Positions 56,341 through 64,000 of a stretch of DNA of 64,000 bases are shown here, piece after piece. The position numbers were made by a program, and so were the translations under genes. The DNA lies in the NCBI GenBank assembly GCA_043228905.1, contig JBHGNT010000018.1:3658001-3722000 (forward strand). Reading direction: 5' to 3'. The notes beneath the pieces are model-generated. The model ran no database searches. It worked only from the letters and a program-made list of their open reading frames with translations, and was not told the origin of the DNA. This DNA is from Azolla caroliniana (Eukaryota > Plantae > Polypodiophyta). The number at the start of each line of letters is the position of its first letter. The first letter of the stretch is position 1.

Positions 56341-58430
56341 CTAGGTGTCAAATAACACCGTGATAAAACTTGCCAAATTTGAGAAATGTAACTCCAAAAT
56401 CTGACAAGTAATTGGACATTGTATAAATCGATGAGTACTATCTTCCATTTGAACAATGCAAAAAAAGCAATTACCTGTTGCTAGTCCACGACGCTTTAGA
56501 GCTAATCCCAATGGCAATCCTCCAATCAAAACTCTCCAAATGAAGACCTTTGCTACAAGTGGCAATTTAAAAGGCCAACTACGTTGTAAGATCTGCCACC
56601 ACCCATGATCAGATTTGTGTATTTTCCATTCTTCTTTTGCCTTATATGATAACCATCCAAGAGACTCAACTGAGCAATGATACAAAAGATTAGTAGTCAC
56701 TTTTAAAAATGGCATTTGACCCCGTAAACACCAATCAATCCATGGTTGTTCTCCTGTTTGTAGAGGTAAGGGACCTTGCATCAATGCAATATTTTGTAGT
56801 TGTTGCCAAATAAACCCATAATTAGGCGGGATGCGTAATAATTCTCGCGCTTCAACAAACTCCAAAATTCTTTGAGATGGAGCCTCAACTATATCTCCCA
56901 CCTCTTTGATCCCCAAACAAAACAAACAATTAAATTGAGAGCGCAATCCCTCCTTTCCTGGCCAACATAATAACCGAGAAGAAACAAGTAACTCTTTTTG
57001 CAAAGAATTACAATGCTCTCTACTAGATGGTGGTTTCCATACACATAACAAATGTGCTTCTTGCCATGAGGTAACCAAGTCTTGAACACATGAAGAACCT
57101 AGGATCCTAAGTAAAATACATCCATTTAGTAATTGCCACCGTGAAGCCTTAATCGTTGTCCTCCCATGTGTTAAACCCTTGTTCTCAATGAAATATTGAA
57201 CAATAGATATCCATGGTTGTGAGTTTGAACACATGTCTTGTAATAACGAAAATCTACAAGCCATCATATGCATAGATACGTTCAATATTCTAGCTCCCCC
57301 CAATCACTTAGGGGTTGCTAGATGATTCCACGCAACCCAAGTGATTCCCACCTTATCCCTCTTCTTCCACAACAAATATCGAAGAGGTTGCAAAATAGAA
57401 TGCAAAGCCTTCTTTGTCCATGGCAACAATGGCAAGTAATATAGTATCATGGGTTCCATAATACATTGTACAACCTTCAAGTGTACATGAAATGGCCAAG
57501 ATTGTAACTTCCAATACATGAACTTATCCCTCAACTTACTAGACATCCATTCAATCAATTGACCATTTGTAACATTCATTCCTAATGGATAGCCCAAGTG
57601 TCGAAAAATAGAGTCTTTCTTTACCACGGATCCTTGCCATCCTAAACATTCCAAATCCCTTTCAGTACATGATATGAGATTAGACTTCGTCCAATTAATA
57701 TGTAATCCGGAAGCCAATGCAAATTGGTTCCATACAAGCATCCCCTTCTCAAGATTCTCTCGTGAGGCTTGTAAAAACATGAAAGAATCATCAGCCAAAG
57801 CGTGTGCTACTAGTTGCCCTCCAAACGGAAGGTGTAGACCAACAATGTCACCATTTGTTGCAAGCCTTGATAGCATCACTAACAAGCGATGAGTAATAAT
57901 ATCAAACAACAATGGGCTAAGAGGGCATCCTTGACGAATGGATCTTGTGAGGGCAATATCCCATTTGAACATTCAACACATTATGCAATATATTCCTACC
58001 TGCAATAAAACTATATTGGGCAGGATGTATCAACTTTGGCAAATACTTTTGTAATCTATTTGCCAAGACCTTTGTGAATATCTTATACAACCCCCCCATC
58101 AAAGAAATAGGTCTCCATTGATGAAATGACTTAGGAGATGTCACCTTTGGAACTAATTTAATTAGACCAGCCTTCCAAGCTTGAGGCATACGCCTAGAAT
58201 CCCAAGAATGTTGAAACATCAATGTTAAGGGCCCCTCTAAAATGTTCGAATATTGCTTAAAAACTTAATTTGTCAAGCCATCCCAACCAGGGCTCTTACC
58301 ACTAGGAAGATGCCTTAAAACCGTGTCCACCTCATCCTCAGTGAAATTCGTATCCAATTCATGACTAATGAGATCATGCACAATACATCCAACCACATCA
58401 TAAAACGCATGACGTGCGCCACTCACCTCA
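56341..58430 (-). mobile_element. Decayed, 5'-truncated LINE (L1-like ORF2: RT and zf-RVT)
   Basis: KSPGWDG, LIKLVPK..WRPISL..YKIFTKVLANRL, RQGCPLSPLLF, ADDS, HLGYPL, KVFIWR..CFFC..EDSTHRFIQC; frameshifts and an internal deletion. Confidence 0.92.
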
Positions 58431-58636
58431 TCTCTCTCTCTCTCTCTCTCTCTTTTGTAATTAGCTTACCCTAGTGGTAAGTCGATAACACTACAAACAA
58501 TGTGTCTTGGGTTCGAAACCCAATTTTCTCACTTATCTCTATTATATACTTCATATATATCTCTTAATTCACTAGATGCCATTGTCGAATGTAGGGGTTG
58601 AACCCATGACCACCTGGTCTCCATTGGGCAACCTTA

Positions 58637-58680
<44 letters not shown>
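58431..58680. repeat. Second copy of the convergent tRNA-derived module pair, between (CT)n and (AC)n
   Basis: Plus strand TACCCTAGTGGTAAG...TTGGGTTCGAAACCCAA; minus strand GGTCATGGGTTCAACCCC; aligns with 55858-56036. Confidence 0.7.
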
Positions 58681-58682
<2 letters not shown>

Positions 58683-60480
58683 TTTCCTAAAGTCATAGAG
58701 AAGAAAGTAAAAATATTCAAAAGACACATAAACATAAAATTTTGAGTTTTCGATTTAAATGTAAGATACGAAAAAATACTTTGGAAATTGAAAAGTGTTG
58801 CATTTGCTTCATAATGCATTGATAGTTTACTCCATGAATGAACCTTTTTTGAAATGTACATATATCATGGCTTGGGAAAGATGTGGGGGCATGTTTCACA
58901 TATATTGTTACATATGTTGCACCAAACTAGAAAGCCATCTTCTTCTTTCAATGAAGAAATTGCACTCACTAATATATGCTAAGGCCAAAACCACCGTCTT
59001 CTCTAAATGAAGAAATCGCACTCACTAATTCATGCTATAGCCCATCCCTTTGTCCACCATCCATACCATTGCTTCGATATGACTTTAACTCACATTTGTT
59101 TTATGTGAGATGGGCATTGTGGCAGATGTGAGGAGACTCATTGGTTATGCATATTTTGCCATGTAAAAGTTTGTGAGTTTTAGTAACATATGTTGATATA
59201 ATGTGCTACCTTCAACCACATTCAAGTTTGTTTTCCACACTATCCAATTCACTCCTTACACATATTCATGTATCAAATTTGGTCTTACTTACTGAACTCA
59301 AAATAGACCAACCTCACAAATAAGTAGACTTATCCACTTTGCATATTTTGTTGTGAAGAAGTTCTAGACTTGAGAAACACACTTTAAACACATTTGAGTT
59401 TACTTTCCATACAATATCAATCTAGCCCTCCCTACATTCATTTCTCTCACAATGACAATGTACATTCTTGAAAGCAATGCTAGGAAAATCCTTGAAAATT
59501 ATTGAGAGGCATTGCTTAGTTCCATCATAATATGTAAAAATATTTCATTTTTCACCTCATCCATTATATTTGTCCTTTGAAGATAATACTAAAATCTACT
59601 TATCTATTCGTTTAACATAACAAACACAAATTTAGCCCAACAACAACATTCTCTATTATATCCATGGTACAATGGGTTACACCAAGATTATGCCCTAAAA
59701 TGCTTATGTGGTCACAATATACTCTTGCATGCCGTTAGCCTCTTTCTTCTACTCTTTTACACTTTCCTTGACTCTCCTTTCAGAGTTTTGGGGTTTTCTT
59801 TCCTCTGTTAATGCTGATATGTGCAATACTAGATACTCCATGTTGGAATTAGTTGACATTGAAGAAAAATATAAGTTCGTTAAATTGATGTAACATTGTT
59901 GCATAAGGATGCCCATCAAATGATCATAGGCAAGCATCATGTGCATGGTAGCTCCAACAAGTAGTATTAGAGCTACTGCCTCAATTGCAATAGCCTTAAA
60001 GAATGAGACTTGGAGATTGTATGGTGCTTTCAAGGAGACCGAACGCACATATAGAAAATGATATTTAATGTGCAGACACAAAATAAGAAGAAGTTACTTT
60101 GCCATTATCTTATTTCCAATTTGAGCGGACACTTAATGTCAACTTTGGACAAATGCAATTACAAATAAACATTTTCATCTACAGAAAACACATTTGCTTC
60201 AATGTTTCCATCTGAATAGTAGAACCATATTTCAGCTATATAAAGGTCTCTAAAAAATCACCTTGCAAGATAGATTTTTATTGTAGATGATTGAAGGAGC
60301 AAAGACTAGGCCATGGTCAACCATGGACTAAAATGAAATAAAAGAAAAGAAAGACCATGAAATATATACCTAGATTTCAAACTCACTGCAGAATATATGT
60401 AGGGGTTGGAGTAGGTCACACCTTCTAGGTTCCTGATGGTTATAAGTATACCATAACTCAAACCAAGTTCATATCATTAC

Positions 60481-60930
60481 CTATGTCAAAACAGACATTA
60501 AAGACATATCCTCCAAGAGTTCCTTACCAGAGAATATTGTTGGACAGTGTTTATGAGAAGACAAGAGGACACTCTGATTGTTTCACTATGTCAGATTGTT
60601 TCACTATGTCAAACAGACATTAAAGGCATATCCTCCTTCAAGAGTTCCTTACCGGAGAATATTGTTGGACAGTGTGTTTATGAGAAGACAAGAGGACACT
60701 CTGATTGTTTCACTATGTCAAACAGACATTAAAGGCATATCCTCCTTCAAGAGTTCATTACCGGAGAATATTGTTGGACAGTGTGTTTATGAGAAGGCAA
60801 GAGGACACTCTGATTGTTTCACTAGGTCAAACAGACATTAAAGGCATATGCTCCTTCAAGAGTTCCTTTCCAGAGAATATTGTTGGACAGTGTGTTTATG
60901 AGAAAACAAGAGGACACTCTGATTGTTTCA
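60481..60930. repeat. Tandem repeat, 109-bp unit x4, downstream of the cpRNP gene
   Basis: CTA(T/G)GTCAAACAGACATTAAAGG-type starts at 60481, 60604, 60713 and 60822. Confidence 0.95.
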
Positions 60931-61425
60931 GCAGTTCAAGCTTTCTACTGTTTAACAAAAAGTTAAAGAGACAATTCATGTGGATGTTAGTGACTGAATG
61001 ACGGACACAACATTGTTCATAATCACTACTCAACCAGCTGTTAGGAATGAAGTGAGTTTGCTGGACCAAAATTTACAGGTCTTGGCATAAACCATTGCTG
61101 TACTACTAGTGTATTCCAAAGAAGCAAATATACAAACAGCGACACAACCAGAATCGACTCCGGTTCAGTTCCCAAGCTCTTAAAATACGACAAGATATTG
61201 TTTTTAAAGGGGATTAACTGCTTGTCTTACATAGCTAAGGCCTCGAAAAAAAATGAACTGAACACATAGGTTGATAGAAAATCTCTGCCCAATTATCAAA
61301 ACACCCATAAATTTCTCTTGTAGTTATCTTCAGCAAACTGAAGATATTAACAACTATTTCATTCCAATTCCCACACCAACACAGATTGGACTCAGCAATG
61401 CCCTTCATTTGCATTAGGCATTTAC

Positions 61426-63754
61426 TCAAAATAGGTCACCTCTTCCAGCTGGTCTATCTCCAGCCATGTTTACTCGGAGATTTCTTCCCTCCACATTCTA
61501 CAAGACAAAGAAGACATATCAGTACCAATTAAAGAAACATGCTGAAAAGCAAAACATAGGCAAATCATCAAAATACCACTCTAATTTAGCACAACTCTTA
61601 AAATACTGTTCAAGTTCACCAAATTCCCAAAAGAGCATAAAAATACTGTCATTTTTTATCATTTATGAGGGCAAATTCCAAAAAACTTCCACACCAACAA
61701 ATTCCAATATTTCAGGCAAATTATTATTTTAATGATTACCAAATTATCATTAGATTCAACCAGGATTATAATTCATAATTTTGAAAGCTAATTTACAATC
61801 TACACAAAACATCAATAATTTCCCTTGAAAAAAGATTCCATATGAAATGACTTTGCATCAATGTTCATACCGCGCCATCTAGCTTGTTGAGGGCCTCATT
61901 CATCTCATCTTCAGATCCCATGGTCACAAAACCAAAGCCCCTGGACCTTCCAGTATCTCTATCATTTACCACTCTCGCATCCACCACTGTGCCATATTCA
62001 CTAAATACCTCTCTGAGTGTGTCACTGTCAACAGTCCATGATAGGTTTCCGACAAACAACTTATTAGTATTGTTATCCGCTCGTCGAGGTGGAGGAGAAG
62101 AAAAATCACCACCAGCCCTGCCTCCTTTGTTAGGGAAATTAACTCTCAAAGTTCTCCCAGCATAATCCTTTGGAATGAAAAAGTTTCACAAATAAGGTTA
62201 TTCATTTAATTCAATGAGGAAAAGAAGGGATCAAACAATCATGGCTAACAAATGCTGTACTTACAGAGCCATCAAACTTCTCAATGGCCGCATTTGCATC
62301 TTCAACACTGCTCATGGTTACAAATCCAAAACCTCTACTTCTTCCTGATTCTCTATCATAAATAACCTGTGATTAAAAACACGCCATCACTTTCATGATT
62401 CAACAAAATCCATAAACACAACAAAAATCTTACAGTAAGGTTCAAATGCTAGCATTTTTAGACAGATAAATCACTGAATATGATAGAAACAGACATAACT
62501 ATAGTGACTATGCATAAATATTCTAAACTAAGAAAGCATAAAGGAGTTTTGATGACTTCAAAACTGTTTCTTTTCTTCGCAAAAAGAAAATTTTAATTCT
62601 CTGAGATAAATGTCAGTAGTCAGACGAAGGAAAGATATAAAGATGAATTCTTTGAAATCAAAGTTCAAAAGAAACCAACAATAGTATAGAGAAAAACAAA
62701 CATGAGAGGATTCTCAAGACTTGATCACTTTCCGTTTTTCAGAGCACAAGATACAAAGATGAAATTTCTGGGATAAAACCTCAAGCATAAATGTTCATGA
62801 ACAGACATTGTACAAGCCGAATCTAGAAGTTTCTAAGAACGTTGAGACGCAAAAAGGAGACGAAGCTCCGAAGAACTTGCTACTTCCAAGGACTCTTAGA
62901 GAAAATAAAGTGTCCAAAAGAAAATCCTGGCCAAAGAAACAGGAACAGTAATTATCAAGGGAAAACCTAAGCATAATCCAAGTTATCTTTTAAAAAACAA
63001 AAATCCTTGGGAGTTTAAAGAATTCTCAAAAGGAACAGGTACAACCAAATTTAAAACCAGCGAATATACAAGAAATAAAACAGAAGAAACAGGAACAGTA
63101 ATTGTCAAGGGAAAACCTAAGCATAATCCAAGTTATCTTTTAAAAAAACAAAAATCCTTGGGAGTTTAAAGAATTCTTAAAAGGAACAGGTACAACCAAA
63201 TTTAAAACCAGCGAATATACAAGAAATAAAACAGAAGCAGTTTCTAAAGCGAGGTCTCTGGACACAGAAAAAAAACAGGAATTAAACATAGAGAATTGAT
63301 GACGAAGATGAAAAAAAAATACCTCGACCATCTCCACCCCACCGACTTTCTGGAAGACTTCGGCGAGCTCTTCGCTAGTGCAACTCCATGGCAAGTTCCC
63401 AACGTAAAGCTTCGACTCTTCTGCAGACGCATAGTCAGGGATAGTCTCACCAACACTTCCTCCTAGTACAGACGGAGCTCCTTCATCATCGGTAGCTGTA
63501 GACAAGGAAGAATCAAGGGCGTCGACCTCTCCGATGGAGAGCTCAGCGCGGGCTCTCAGGAGGACTGCACATCGGTTGTGGAGGTGTTTCCTAGAAGAAG
63601 CGAGGAGGGAGAGGGAGCGGAACTCGACGGGGGGAAGGGAGTGTGGGAAGCGAGAAGTGTGGAGAAGGTTGGTTCGGCAGGTCCAGGACTGGTCGGAGCG
63701 GGGAGAGACGGAGGAGAGGGAGCCATTGACGGAGGAGAAGCAAGCAGAAGCCAT
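61426..63754 (-). CDS. Chloroplast ribonucleoprotein (cpRNP, CP29/CP31/CP33 family; transit peptide plus two RRMs, 300 aa). Exons 63754-63323, 62366-62265, 62167-61871, 61497-61426
   Basis: Ser/Arg-rich MASACFSS N-terminus, acidic spacer, [11 protein letters not shown]|[51 protein letters not shown]|[10 protein letters not shown]. Three phase-0 GT-AG introns. Confidence 0.94.
62934..63237. repeat. 150-bp tandem duplication in intron 1 of the cpRNP gene
   Basis: AAGAAACAGGAACAGTAATT at 62934 and 63084. Confidence 0.95.
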
Positions 63755-64000
63755 GGCGCAGGCAGGGCGGAGAAACCCTAAAAAAAAAAACACACAGGCG
63801 GGACGCAGAAACACACAGAGAGAAAAGGAGAGAAAGAGAAAGAGAGAAAGAGAAGTATAGAAACGGGGAGACGACGATGATAGAAGAAGGAAAGAGTTCG
63901 GATAGAGTTTGCTGCTATCCTGACCGTCCGATCACATCGCCCTAGATCTTGCCACGTGTCCACCCTCCCCCCATCGATAAGGTGGGGGGCCTTTTCCTCA

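Noticed and set aside
2990-58636. Functional tRNA genes at the tRNA-like segments
   Set aside because: Acceptor and anticodon stems do not pair and the A boxes are degenerate; treated as tRNA-derived repeats.

Overview
Eukaryotic plant nuclear DNA. The PPR style and retroelement lineages suggest a non-seed plant, most likely a fern (inference). Bases 1-38.7 kb are almost entirely nested LTR retrotransposons, resolved by LTR ends, PBS/PPT and target-site duplications (TSDs). The main nest is: Tcn1-like Gypsy (-), interrupted by a tRNA-Trp-primed Gypsy (+), which holds Copia C (-, TSD TCTTC), Copia B (+, AAACA), Copia B' (-, G/AACAT) and the nearly intact Copia D (+, CAACT). There are also a second Gypsy copy, an older Copia F and two solo LTRs. 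38.7-43.7 kb holds a TA-flanked MITE and tandem arrays. The right third carries three RNA-binding protein genes: a 15-exon MRD1/RBM19 whose ATG is split by an intron, a single-exon PLS-class PPR with a truncated E domain, and a 4-exon chloroplast RNP. A decayed LINE there is flanked by convergent tRNA-derived modules. The most notable signals are a TGTCGT-ended Gypsy lineage with 4-bp CG-centred target sites, a Trp PBS and tRNA-like Pol III boxes in its LTRs; an apparent capsid swap between two Copia elements; and a Pol C-terminal extension lying between two identical PPTs. All alignments and counts were made by eye.
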